Shown: one piece after another, positions 32,514 to 40,399 of the stretch
Numbering within the stretch: position 1 is the first letter of the stretch
Layout of the letters: the number at the start of each line of letters is the position of its first letter
From: a virus
Length of the DNA: 62,077 nucleotides
Virus record (IMG/VR): IMGVR_UViG_3300036861_000916
Span: 1 to 62,077 of that record
Direction: 5' to 3' (one strand)
Made by a program: the position numbers and the translations under genes
Notes under the pieces: model-generated
Database searches by the model: none
The model's input: the letters and a program-made list of their open reading frames with translations, nothing else
Told to the model about the DNA's origin: nothing

Positions 32514-32699
32514 TCAGGCGGGATCGGGGATGGCGGCGAGCGTGTTCAGTCTGCGCGCGTCGCACAGGTCGATGTCGCATTGGAGGTCGTCGGCGTCCTC
32601 AAGGGCTTGTGCGATGACGCGCTCGACCGTCCATTCGCAGCGGCGCGCAAGGTCCATCGCCCGTGCATAGGCTTCGTCGGACAGCTCAAGCGTCTTCAT
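32514..32699 (-). CDS. ribbon-helix-helix-like small protein
   Basis: ATG 32699 (ATGA coupling); MKTLELSDEAYARAMDLARR... resembles CopG/Arc N-termini. Confidence 0.45.
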   Translation of the reverse strand: MKTLELSDEAYARAMDLARRCEWTVERVIAQALEDADDLQCDIDLCDARRLNTLAAIPDPA

Positions 32700-32884
32700 G
32701 AATTCCTGCTCTGCTCCGGTGACGGCGCGACGCGCTTCTTCCGCCGCCGCGCTTGCTCGCACTCGCCGGCGCACTGCACATCGTCCTCGTCGAGGAGGAC
32801 CTGCAGTGCGGCGGTCTTGGCGGTCCACGCGCACCGCTCTCGCAGGCGGGCGAGGGCGCTATCGGTCGGCTTGGCCGCCTTCAT
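32696..32884 (-). CDS. hypothetical small protein
   Basis: ATG 32884, ATGA-coupled on both sides; 62 aa. Confidence 0.4.
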   Translation of the reverse strand: MKAAKPTDSALARLRERCAWTAKTAALQVLLDEDDVQCAGECEQARRRKKRVAPSPEQSRNS

Positions 32885-33099
32885 CGATCTTCCCCTTCGC
32901 TGCTCGCGCCGGGAGCATTGGGTCGCTTCGGTCTCTGTCGCGTAAACAGGACGTTGCGTCCGCAGCTTGGACACAGGAGGGAACAGCTCGTCGCGTCTTC
33001 GTCAACGTGGCGAGCCAGCATATAGACCATGCCCTTCAGCTCAATGTCCAGGTCGCACGGCTCGCAGTAAGCAGTCCAGCGTCGCAAGTGAACCGTCAT
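32881..33099 (-). CDS. small zinc-ribbon protein
   Basis: ATG 33099 (ATGA coupling); CEPC ... CPSC. Confidence 0.45.
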   Translation of the reverse strand: MTVHLRRWTAYCEPCDLDIELKGMVYMLARHVDEDATSCSLLCPSCGRNVLFTRQRPKRPNAPGASSEGEDR

Positions 33100-33728
33100 T
33101 TCGCGTCGTCTCCTTCTCCGGTCGGGGCGGGCATCAATGCCTGTGCAGCAAGGGCGCTGCGCACGCGCTCCAATTGCCAGGTTGCTTCGGCGTCCCCGAC
33201 GGTCTCCCCGGCGACGTAGGAGGCGTCCCCGACGGTGTCCCCGGCGGCGCAGGCGGCGGCCCAGGCGGCGTTCCTGGCGGCGTTCCTGGCGGCGTTCCTG
33301 GCGGCGTAGGCGGCGGCCCAGGCGTCGGCCCTGGCGGCCCAGGCGTCGGCCCTGGCGTCGGCCCTGGCGGCCCATGCGGCGATCCTGGCGGCACGCAATT
33401 CCAAGTCGGTGGCCTCGCCTCGAGCCCATCGGCGCTTCACATCGAGCGCCGCCCAGGAGCGTGCGTCTGGCTCTCGGCCAGCCTTGCGTTCTTGCTGCAG
33501 CGCCCGTTCGGCGAAATCGCAGGCGAGTTCGTGCAGCCTCCGAGCCGGCAGGAACCCCTCACGGAAGAGCAGCCATAGCAGATGCGCAGGCGGTACGTCC
33601 AGGTCACAGACCTCCAGCGGCGTGAGGCTGGTCCGGCCTGCCGCTATCGCCTCCACTTCCTCGCGCTTGTAGCAGGGGCAGAAGCTCATCACCAGATCGA
33701 CGGTTACCTCGGTCAACAGTGCAGGCAT
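33096..33728 (-). CDS. Ala/Trp-rich repeat protein (AAR(N/D)A / AWAA repeats; immunity-protein-like)
   Basis: ATG 33728 with AAGGAG upstream; 12- and 24-nt DNA repeats at ~33255..33400 encode AARNAARNAARNAAWAAA... Confidence 0.5.
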   Translation of the reverse strand: MPALLTEVTVDLVMSFCPCYKREEVEAIAAGRTSLTPLEVCDLDVPPAHLLWLLFREGFLPARRLHELACDFAERALQQERKAGREPDARSWAALDVKRRWARGEATDLELRAARIAAWAARADARADAWAARADAWAAAYAARNAARNAARNAAWAAACAAGDTVGDASYVAGETVGDAEATWQLERVRSALAAQALMPAPTGEGDDAK

Positions 33729-33744
33729 CGTGTTCTCCTTGCTC

Positions 33745-34092
33745 CTATCGTATCGCCGACTGTGGCTTCGGCGCCTCAAGGCTCACGCCCAGCTCCGCCA
33801 GCCGGGCGGCGCACCGGGCGACCTCATCGGAGGCGGCACGGTAGCGGGCGAGAAGCGTGTCGACTTCCTCGCGGCGGCGGTCGCGGGCGGTGGCCAGGTC
33901 GCCGTCGTCGACGCCGCAAAAGGCGGCCAAGGAGCGGCGGCTGACGCGCAGGTAACGGCCGACCTTCACGGCGGTCAGCTTCTTCTCGCGGATCAGGCGA
34001 TAGGTGGCGTCGGCCCCGATTTTCAGGAACGCAGCCACTTCTCGCACCGTGAGAATGCCAGGTAACTCGCCGAGATCTCGTGTTTCCATCAC
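33745..34092 (-). CDS. excisionase-family / MerR-like HTH DNA-binding protein
   Basis: 115 aa; LTVREVAAFLKIGADATYRLIREKKLTAVKVGRYLRV. Confidence 0.65.
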   Translation of the reverse strand: MMETRDLGELPGILTVREVAAFLKIGADATYRLIREKKLTAVKVGRYLRVSRRSLAAFCGVDDGDLATARDRRREEVDTLLARYRAASDEVARCAARLAELGVSLEAPKPQSAIR

Positions 34093-34154
34093 ATTCCTTT
34101 CTGGTTGGGCGGGGAGGGCAGGTTCCCCGCGCAGGTTCCCCGCGCAGGTCGCTG

Positions 34155-34718
34155 TCAGGGCGTCTGCACGCTGCTGGCGTCGCTGGCGGACTCCTGAAGA
34201 GCGCCGATCTCGCTTTCGTCGGACTGAAGGCCGGCGGCTTCCTCCAGCTTTGCGATCCGGCTATCGTGTCGCGCGGCGATCTGCGCCATGATGTCCTGGC
34301 GTCGCTTCACCTCGTCGAACTGGGCCTGGAGGTTGTGCGTGATGAAGAGCAGGAGGTCAAGCTCTTGTCGCTCCTCGCGCTCCATCGGGCGCCGATCTAT
34401 CAACCCGCCTGTGAGTCCCGCCCTCTCGATCTTGGTGCCGGCTTGCTCGTGAAGGCCTTCGATCACGTCAGCAGCCTCTCGGGGGTGGACGATTCCGTAA
34501 CCCTCCCCGCGCACGCTGCGGATGAGCTTTCCCTCCGCCTTCAGCATCCTCATCTTCACGCCGTACTTCCCGGCCATGAGGGTCTGGACCTTGCGATAGG
34601 ACAAGCCTGACTTCGCTTCGATTTCCTGGCGGCTGTACTGGCGACCGATCTCGCCACCGGAAAAGACGTCGTGATAGACACGCTCCGCCTGGGTCCTGGT
34701 TTTCGCTTTCGCGTTCAC
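34155..34718 (-). CDS. putative winged-helix DNA-binding protein
   Basis: 187 aa, GTG start with AGGAAGG upstream; first gene downstream of the TCG super-array. Confidence 0.5.
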   Translation of the reverse strand: MNAKAKTRTQAERVYHDVFSGGEIGRQYSRQEIEAKSGLSYRKVQTLMAGKYGVKMRMLKAEGKLIRSVRGEGYGIVHPREAADVIEGLHEQAGTKIERAGLTGGLIDRRPMEREERQELDLLLFITHNLQAQFDEVKRRQDIMAQIAARHDSRIAKLEEAAGLQSDESEIGALQESASDASSVQTP

Positions 34719-34741
34719 TGTTCACCTTCCTGGTAGAAAGG

Positions 34742-34767
34742 GCAGGGGGCAGAAGTCTGCCCCCTGC
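34742..34767 (-). terminator. 9-bp GC hairpin at the distal end of the TCG super-array
   Basis: GCAGGGGGC / 8-nt loop / GCCCCCTGC; no strong T-tract. Confidence 0.4.
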
Positions 34768-34780
34768 GGTTCACGACTGG

Positions 34781-35364
34781 TCAGATCGCGTCGAGTCGGC
34801 TCGGATCGGATCGGTTCGATCCGGTTCGAACCGCGTCGCATCGACTCGGGTCGCTTCGGTTCGCATCGCGCCTATTCGTCGAACGTTTCGTCTCGCTTCG
34901 GTGCGGATCAGATCGTGTCACTCCGCGTCGCGTCAGATCGAAGCGAATCATTGAACGCGTCGCTTCGGTTCGGATCGCGTCGATTCGGTTCGAGTCGTTT
35001 CGGCTCGGCGAACGTTTCGTCTCGCCTCGCCTCGCCTCGCTTCGGCTCGGTTCGGCTCGGTTCGGCTCGCGTCGCTTCGCTTCGCCTCGCCTCGGCTCGC
35101 ATCGGTTCGTCGAGCGCTTCGGCTCGCGTCGCCTCGGCTCGCTTCGGGTCGGCTCGATTCGTCTCGGGTCGCTTCGCGTCGGCTCGGGTCGGCTCGTCGA
35201 ACGTTTCATCTCGCGTCGGCTCGCGTCGCGTCGCTTCGCTTCGGCTCGGATCGTTTCGAATCGCGTCGGGTCGTCGAGCGCTTCGGATCGGCTCGCCTCG
35301 AGTCAGTTCGCGCCGCGTCGCGGCGGATCGGTTCGACTCGGCTCGGCGAACGTTTCGCGTCAGG
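34781..35364. repeat. pentanucleotide super-array: six runs of (NNTCG/TCGNN)n separated by CGAACGTTTCG / CGAGCGCTTCGG punctuation
   Basis: Runs of 17, 10, 18, 16, 13 and 13 in-phase TCG pentamers; punctuation at ~34876, 35007, 35108, 35195, 35271, 35345; open in several frames on both strands. Confidence 0.9.
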
Positions 35365-35989
35365 CGGCTGCCTTCAGGCGGCCACAGCCTTCTGTGGCGA
35401 CCTCAGAGACCTTCGCATCGAATCGTCCGTAGAGGTCCCGGTAGGCACCGAGGCCGTAGAACCTGCCGAGCGCATGGATCCATCGCTCAAAGTCCTTCGG
35501 GTCGATCTTCTCGTCATTCACGAGGAGGAACGCTGTGCACTTCCAGGCATAAAAGATGGGGCGCGTCTGCAACACCATGCAAATCTTGCCCTGGCTCTTG
35601 CCATGGTTTGCCAGCCGTGTGTCCCGGAAACGATCGTCAGCCTTCAGTTCCTTGATGTCCTTCGGACCTTCGTGTTCGAGCGGGAAATAGAAACGATCGA
35701 AGCTGACATACCGCTCGACCAGTGTGCCCTTCTTCTCTTCGCGGGCCACGGAAACGATCGCCTGCTTCAGATTCATGGCCGGGATGACGACTTGGCCATC
35801 CTTCAAATGGAGATTAGGATCCCACTCAATGTCGGCGATCTTCTTGTAGATCTCCGGCGTCTTCTTCTGCTCCTGCATCCGCTGGAGTGCCTTCAGCTCC
35901 TGAACCTCCGGCCTGGTGCCGTCGGCGGGCACCTGGGTGCTCATCAGGTAAGGCATCTTTCCGGTCATCTCGATTTTGAACCCCTTCAT
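35360..35989 (-). CDS. unknown-function protein P2 (paralog of 18968..19603), C-terminal GLGxxRxxYGRF motif
   Basis: 209 aa, ATG with AAGGAGGAG upstream; lower GC; stop codon abuts the first punctuation motif of the TCG array. Confidence 0.65.
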   Translation of the reverse strand: MKGFKIEMTGKMPYLMSTQVPADGTRPEVQELKALQRMQEQKKTPEIYKKIADIEWDPNLHLKDGQVVIPAMNLKQAIVSVAREEKKGTLVERYVSFDRFYFPLEHEGPKDIKELKADDRFRDTRLANHGKSQGKICMVLQTRPIFYAWKCTAFLLVNDEKIDPKDFERWIHALGRFYGLGAYRDLYGRFDAKVSEVATEGCGRLKAAA

Positions 35990-36216
35990 AACTCCTCCTT
36001 CTTGTCACGCCGAAGATTAACCCCTCGGCACCGCTCTGTGCGGATGGTTGAAGTATACAGACGCAGCGCTGGAACTGCAAGGGGTCAGGCGAACTATTTC
36101 TCGCAGTGCAACGAGACAGGCTGAACTTTCGCTCGGAAGGGATTGCTTCGGTGGCTGTCAAACCGGTAAACTCGCGGCGGGCGCTTGAACCGCCGCACAA
36201 CCGAAGGAGGGCACAG

Positions 36217-37377
36217 TTGAAGGGTCATTTGAGAGAACGGTCGCCCGGTTGTTTTGAGTGTATCGTCAGCCTGGGGCGTGGCCCGGACGGCAAGCCGCGC
36301 CAGAAGAGTCGCACGGTGCGCGGCGGGGTCCGCCTCGCGCAGCGCACGCTCAACACTATGCTGGCGGATGTCGGCTCCGGCAAGCTGAAACCGGCTTGCG
36401 GTGAGACGGTTGCGAGCTACCTGGAGGCCTGGCTCGCGACAACGGGCGCCCTGCGCTTGAGCCCGAAGAGCCATCAGTCCTACTCGGGCGTCTTCCGCGT
36501 CTGGGTCATTCCCGAGCTGGGAGCCTTGCCGCTGGAGAAGTTGACCGCGCGCGACATCGAAGCGTGGCTGGTGCGTGCCTCAGCGCCCGGGGCGCGGCGG
36601 GACGGCAGGGCGGGCTCCCTCTCTCCAGGAAGTCTGCGGCACTACGTCAGGCTCCTGCGCGCGGCGCTGCAGGATGCCGTCCGGCAGGAGCGGCTGCTGC
36701 GGAACCCGTGCGACACCGCAGCGAAGCCCCGGGTTACGCACGAGGAGGTGACAGCGCTTTCGGTGGAGGAACTGCGGCGCCTCGTCCCGGCGACCAGCGG
36801 GCGGCTACGGATCGCGGTGCTGCTCGGTGGGATGTTGGGCTTGCGCGCTGGTGAGTGCGTCGCGTTGCAATGGGCCGACATCGATTTCGGCGCCGGCGTT
36901 GTCACCATCCGGCGCTCGCTGGAGGACACGAAGAAGCGCGGCCTGCAGTTCAAGCTGCCGAAGAGCGGCAAGACGCGCAAGCTGGCGCTGCCGGAGGCCC
37001 TGGCACGCGAGTTGCGGCGGCACAAGGGCGAGCAGGCGACGCAGCGGTTGCAGCTCGGCGACGGGTGGCAGAACAACGACCTGGTCCTCGCGCGCGAAGA
37101 CGGCTCCATCTGGTCCCGGGGCGCACTGTCGACGGCGTTCCGGGACCAGGCGCTTCGGCTTGGGCTGCCCACGACACGCTTCCACAGCCTGCGGCATTCG
37201 TGCGCCACCGCGCTCTTGGGCTGCGGGCAGGGTGCAGCCGTTGTGCAGGCCGTGCTGGGACACAGCACGCCCTCCTTCACGGTGCAGGTCTACGGCCACG
37301 CACTCCCGGAGCACATGCGGGAAGCGGCGCGTGTGATGGATCGCGCGATGGGAGATGCACTGGGGGCCGTTGGATGA
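36217..37377 (+). CDS. int: tyrosine recombinase / phage integrase
   Basis: TTG 36217 (GGAGGG upstream) in frame of track ORF 36106..37377; N-terminal SAM-like arm, C-terminal ...HSLRHSCAT...LGHS...Y catalytic pattern. Confidence 0.85.
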   Translation: MKGHLRERSPGCFECIVSLGRGPDGKPRQKSRTVRGGVRLAQRTLNTMLADVGSGKLKPACGETVASYLEAWLATTGALRLSPKSHQSYSGVFRVWVIPELGALPLEKLTARDIEAWLVRASAPGARRDGRAGSLSPGSLRHYVRLLRAALQDAVRQERLLRNPCDTAAKPRVTHEEVTALSVEELRRLVPATSGRLRIAVLLGGMLGLRAGECVALQWADIDFGAGVVTIRRSLEDTKKRGLQFKLPKSGKTRKLALPEALARELRRHKGEQATQRLQLGDGWQNNDLVLAREDGSIWSRGALSTAFRDQALRLGLPTTRFHSLRHSCATALLGCGQGAAVVQAVLGHSTPSFTVQVYGHALPEHMREAARVMDRAMGDALGAVG

Positions 37378-37558
37378 AAATTGGATGACGCGGAAATAGG
37401 GCGTATCGCAGCCACGAAAAAAGAAAAACTGCCTTAATCGAATCAGAGCCGAGCAGCCGCCGCCCGGCTCTCTTTTCGTCTCGTCCAGGCGTCCCGAGTT
37501 GCGACCGGACGGGCGGCCAGTTGGTTCATGTTGCGCTCATTCGCGGTGAGAATGTTGT

Positions 37559-38152
37559 TCAGCCATTGGATTGAAGGCGTGAAGGTTGCCCCAGAAGCCG
37601 CTCCCTGACCTGTTGGCGAATCTGCTCCGCCCGGGACGGTCCTGCCCGCCAGATCGGCAGCGTAGTTCGGCACTCCTGCTCATGTCCGTGGATGTCCAAG
37701 ACCGTGTCTGCGCACACCTGGCACAGGGAGGCCTGGCGTGCGGTGAGCTGCGTATGCTTGCAGGAATGGCACGTATGGCGAGTGCGGCCTAACGGGCCGA
37801 TCCAGTTGCAGCGCGGGCATTCATAGTAACGGTGAGCCGCTCGGGTGCTTTCAGTAAAGTGGTCATTCGGAAGCAAGTCAATCCAGCCGAGCAAGAGTGG
37901 GACCGGCTCGAACCATTCGCCATGCTGCCGGCAGAAGCGAAATGCCGTGTGGATCTCGTTCTCCAAATCATGATCGCCGGCTACCAGTCGAAGCACCTTC
38001 AACACCAGTGGGCTGCAGGCTTGGATGTGACGAAGGCGTGACGCTGGATGGACTGCCACTCCAATCTTGATGAGCCCGCCGTCGATCGGCTGAATGAAGT
38101 AGACGAAGCTGCCACACGTTCTGTGTCGCCTGACGTTGATGTCGATCTTCAT
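37559..38152 (-). CDS. T5orf172 / GIY-YIG-superfamily domain protein with C-terminal zinc ribbons
   Basis: 197 aa; FVYFIQPIDGGLIKIGVAVHPASRLRHIQ...E.EIHTAF...GEWF; then CPRC...CHSC. Confidence 0.6.
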   Translation of the reverse strand: MKIDINVRRHRTCGSFVYFIQPIDGGLIKIGVAVHPASRLRHIQACSPLVLKVLRLVAGDHDLENEIHTAFRFCRQHGEWFEPVPLLLGWIDLLPNDHFTESTRAAHRYYECPRCNWIGPLGRTRHTCHSCKHTQLTARQASLCQVCADTVLDIHGHEQECRTTLPIWRAGPSRAEQIRQQVRERLLGQPSRLQSNG

Positions 38153-38231
38153 GTTGAACCCCCAATGATAGTATATCGATTAGGGTTCAATGAAGCAAGC
38201 CCTTGGCTGCAACTCTCCTGCGCGCGTGAGA

Positions 38232-38260
38232 TTGACAGACGCGCGCCCGCTCGCTAAAAT
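38232..38260 (+). promoter_or_regulatory. near-consensus sigma-70 promoter
   Basis: TTGACA (38232..38237) - 17 nt - TAAAAT (38255..38260). Confidence 0.65.
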
Positions 38261-38413
38261 GGGAGCAGATGGAACTGCGATGGACGCAGCGGGCACGTGC
38301 CGGGCAGATGCCAATTCCCTCATAAGGTGCAGGCGGCCACTGCCGTGCGAATCGGCACCATCTGGGCAGCGGGCGGAGGCAACGATCGAGACGGTGCTTG
38401 GCGCCCGCGCATG

Positions 38414-38466
38414 GTTGGGGCGGCTGGAGCCTAACCGGTCACCGGGTTCGATTCCCGGCCCCGACC
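38414..38466 (+). ncRNA. tRNA-like minihelix 1 (acceptor + one arm + T-arm; no D-arm)
   Basis: GTTGGGG/CCCCGAC acceptor, CCGGG-TTCGATT-CCCGG T-arm, single GCTGG-AGCCTAA-CCGGT arm; only 53 nt. Confidence 0.4.
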
Positions 38467-38476
38467 GTTCGGGCAA

Positions 38477-38545
38477 TGCCCCGTAGCTCGCAAAGGGACG
38501 AGCACCGCGACGGCGGAGGGGCGGGTTCGACTCCCGCCGGGGCCG
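38477..38545 (+). ncRNA. tRNA-like module 2 (normal D- and T-arms, anticodon arm replaced by a 4-bp/4-nt hairpin)
   Basis: GCCCCG/CGGGGC acceptor, TA-GCTC...GAGC D-arm, GCGGG-TTCGACT-CCCGC T-arm, but only 17 nt between the D and T arms. Confidence 0.4.
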
Positions 38546-38561
38546 CTTGCCCGATACTACC

Positions 38562-38633
38562 TTTGGCCTGGTGTAATGGGTAACACGCCCGGCACTGAAC
38601 CGGGAGACGGAGGTTCGAGGCCTCCGGCCAGAC
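38562..38633 (+). tRNA. tRNA-Gln(CUG)-like, with A instead of U at position 33
   Basis: 72-nt cloverleaf folded by hand: TTTGGCC/GGCCAGA acceptor (U1-A72 as in bacterial tRNA-Gln), GTGT/ACAC D, CCCGG-CACTGAA-CCGGG anticodon arm, GGAGG-TTCGAGG-CCTCC T-arm. Confidence 0.6.
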
Positions 38634-38674
38634 CCGAACCCAGATTGATGAGCCGCCGGTAGCAGAGGCGGACG

Positions 38675-38714
38675 GCGGGCGGAGGCAACGGTCGAGAGAC
38701 CGTCCTCCGCCCGC
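38675..38714. terminator. strong hairpin between convergent ncRNA unit and minus-strand gene
   Basis: GCGGGCGGAGG (38675..38685) pairs with CCTCCGCCCGC (38704..38714); followed by TGCTGTTT. Confidence 0.65.
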
Positions 38715-38720
38715 TGCTGT

Positions 38721-39062
38721 TTACTCCGTCCGACCGGGCCGGGGCAGACGCCCTTTCAGTCGCCGCTGCTCCTCCTTTGCCTCCTCCAGGAGCCGCTCCA
38801 GCTCCTCTGTTCGACGCTCCAGCTCCTGGCGCTCCCTGTCCTGCTCCAGCGTCCAGGCTCTGGCCTCCGCGACGGCTGGCCTCACCGCCGCATCGAAGAG
38901 CCCATCGAGGTAGGCGCTGTAGCTCAGTCCCAAGTGCTTCGCATAGGCCCGTAGATCGGCGACATCCTCATGATGGAGTATCGCCTCTGCATGTGCGGTA
39001 ACGCCCAGGAACGGCTCGCCTTTCTCGTCCGTCCCCAGAACTTCTCTCGGTTTTCCTCGCAT
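38721..39062 (-). CDS. hypothetical coiled-coil protein
   Basis: ATG 39062 with AAGGAGAGAAAG upstream, in frame of track ORF 38721..39275. Confidence 0.45.
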   Translation of the reverse strand: MRGKPREVLGTDEKGEPFLGVTAHAEAILHHEDVADLRAYAKHLGLSYSAYLDGLFDAAVRPAVAEARAWTLEQDRERQELERRTEELERLLEEAKEEQRRLKGRLPRPGRTE

Positions 39063-39243
39063 CTTTCTCTCCTTCGTGAGAGCTAACTCCAGTGCTGCGG
39101 AAGGGTAGCACCCTTCGGTTAACCGAAGGGTAGCAGGAAGCGTGCCAACTTCAACATCGCGTCGTAACCGGAAATGGTGATTGACACGACTGACATAGAT
39201 TCTCGGTCGGTTGGGGCAAATGCGGGAGGGTGGCGCGGTAGCG

Positions 39244-40053
39244 TCAGCGATCGGCGCCGGTCGCGGGGACACCAAGGGCCTTGCGGATCCGGCGCAGCGC
39301 CCGCCGCTCGATGAGTGCCACGCGCTGTGGAGAGCAGCATACCGCCCTCGCTATCTCGCGGCACGTCTGCCGATCCTCATAGGGTGCGAGTCCATACCGG
39401 CGGAGGAGGAGGTCCCGCTCGCGCTCGCACAGCACGGAGAGAGCGCGGTCGCATAGAAGGGCGTCGGTTACGGCTTCATCGATCGGGGGATCGTCGGAGG
39501 GGAGCACGTCGATCAGTGGGAGGCCCTCGTTGTCATCGCTCGCCGAGGTGCTCGCCTCGAACGGTATCGCCTCCTGGGGCAATGCGCGGAGCCAGGCGAC
39601 CCGCTCCTCCGTCCAGTCCAGCTCGCGGGCGATCTCCTCGTCCGAGGGCGCGCGGCCCTCTCTCGCCTCTAGTTGCCGGACCGTGGCAGTGACCTGGCGA
39701 AGGGCCTTCTGGGCGCCAAACGAGAGCCGGATGCTCCGGGAGTGTCTGTCCATCGCCTGGTAGAGAGTATTCACGATCGAGTGATGCGCGTATGTCGCGA
39801 GCCGTGCGCCCTTTGCGGGATCGAAGCCGACCAGCGTGCGCAGGAACGCCAGTCGCGCCTCCTGGAGGGCGTCATCCGGATCCAGGAAGCTTGCGTGGAT
39901 CCGACCTGCGAGTTGGCGGATGAGGCGATGGTGTGCGGCTACGAGCCTGCGCGACGCCTCCGCCGGGTCCACATCGTGGCGCTTGCCCTGCACGCACAGG
40001 CAGAGCATGACTTCCTCTTCGCGGCTCATCCGCTCCGTCTCCATCGCCATCAC
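39244..40053 (-). CDS. sigma-70-family RNA polymerase sigma factor (group 3-like; regions 2, 3 and 4)
   Basis: 269 aa; ...DDALQEARLAFLRTLVGFDP.KG.RLATYA...; C-terminal ...RQTCREIARAVCCSPQRVALIERRALRRIR region 4 HTH. Confidence 0.85.
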   Translation of the reverse strand: MMAMETERMSREEEVMLCLCVQGKRHDVDPAEASRRLVAAHHRLIRQLAGRIHASFLDPDDALQEARLAFLRTLVGFDPAKGARLATYAHHSIVNTLYQAMDRHSRSIRLSFGAQKALRQVTATVRQLEAREGRAPSDEEIARELDWTEERVAWLRALPQEAIPFEASTSASDDNEGLPLIDVLPSDDPPIDEAVTDALLCDRALSVLCERERDLLLRRYGLAPYEDRQTCREIARAVCCSPQRVALIERRALRRIRKALGVPATGADR

Positions 40054-40399
40054 CGCGCTCCTCCTCGCAGTTCAACGCTCGTGCGGCACGAAGAAAGAGA
40101 AATTCCGGTTTTGTCGCTGTAAGCCGAGACCGGAAACTCGTCTCTACACACCTTCGCCACTGACGGCCCGAGGGAAAGCAGGCTAGGTGGGCACCCGCAA
40201 TGTCGTTCTCCCTGCCACGGGAAGGCCGTTCAGTTACTGCATTGGCTAGTCAGCAAGTTTCCCTTGCAGCTCTTCCGTTGGCACGGGAGCCATTGCAAGC
40301 CGCGGGGATTTATCCCCGGCGGTCACTGACGCTAACACGTCTCAGGCTCCATTTTAGCATGCAAGATGCGAGTTGAACAGATCGCAAAGAGATGTAGAC

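Larger units (their letters stand above)
38267..38714 (+). ncRNA. about 450-nt noncoding transcription unit: structured leader + three tRNA-like modules + terminator
   Basis: Bounded by the promoter above and an 11-bp GC hairpin; no convincing ORF; 27-29-nt direct repeat GCGGGCGGAGGCAACG(A/G)TCGAGA... at 38369 and 38675. Confidence 0.5.

Noticed and set aside
34781-35655. Track ORFs across the TCG array (34781..35209 minus, 34908..35102 minus, 34915..35655 plus) as genes for RSEP/SRLG-type repeat proteins
   Set aside because: Periodicity is 5 nt, not 3 or 15. Several frames on both strands are open simultaneously. Only one of six modules happens to contain an ATG, and there is no SD. This is best explained as non-coding array read-through.
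36000-36216. attP core in the integrase upstream region (7-bp hairpin GCGGCGG...CCGCCGC at about 36170..36200)
   Set aside because: There is no tRNA-like or repeated arm-site pattern that I could verify by eye. It cannot be located without the bacterial attB.
38414-38545. Interpreting the tRNA-like modules as a one- or two-piece tmRNA
   Set aside because: There are three separate T-arm/acceptor units. No tag-peptide reading frame with a resume codon or Ala-rich tag was seen, and the total length is too short.
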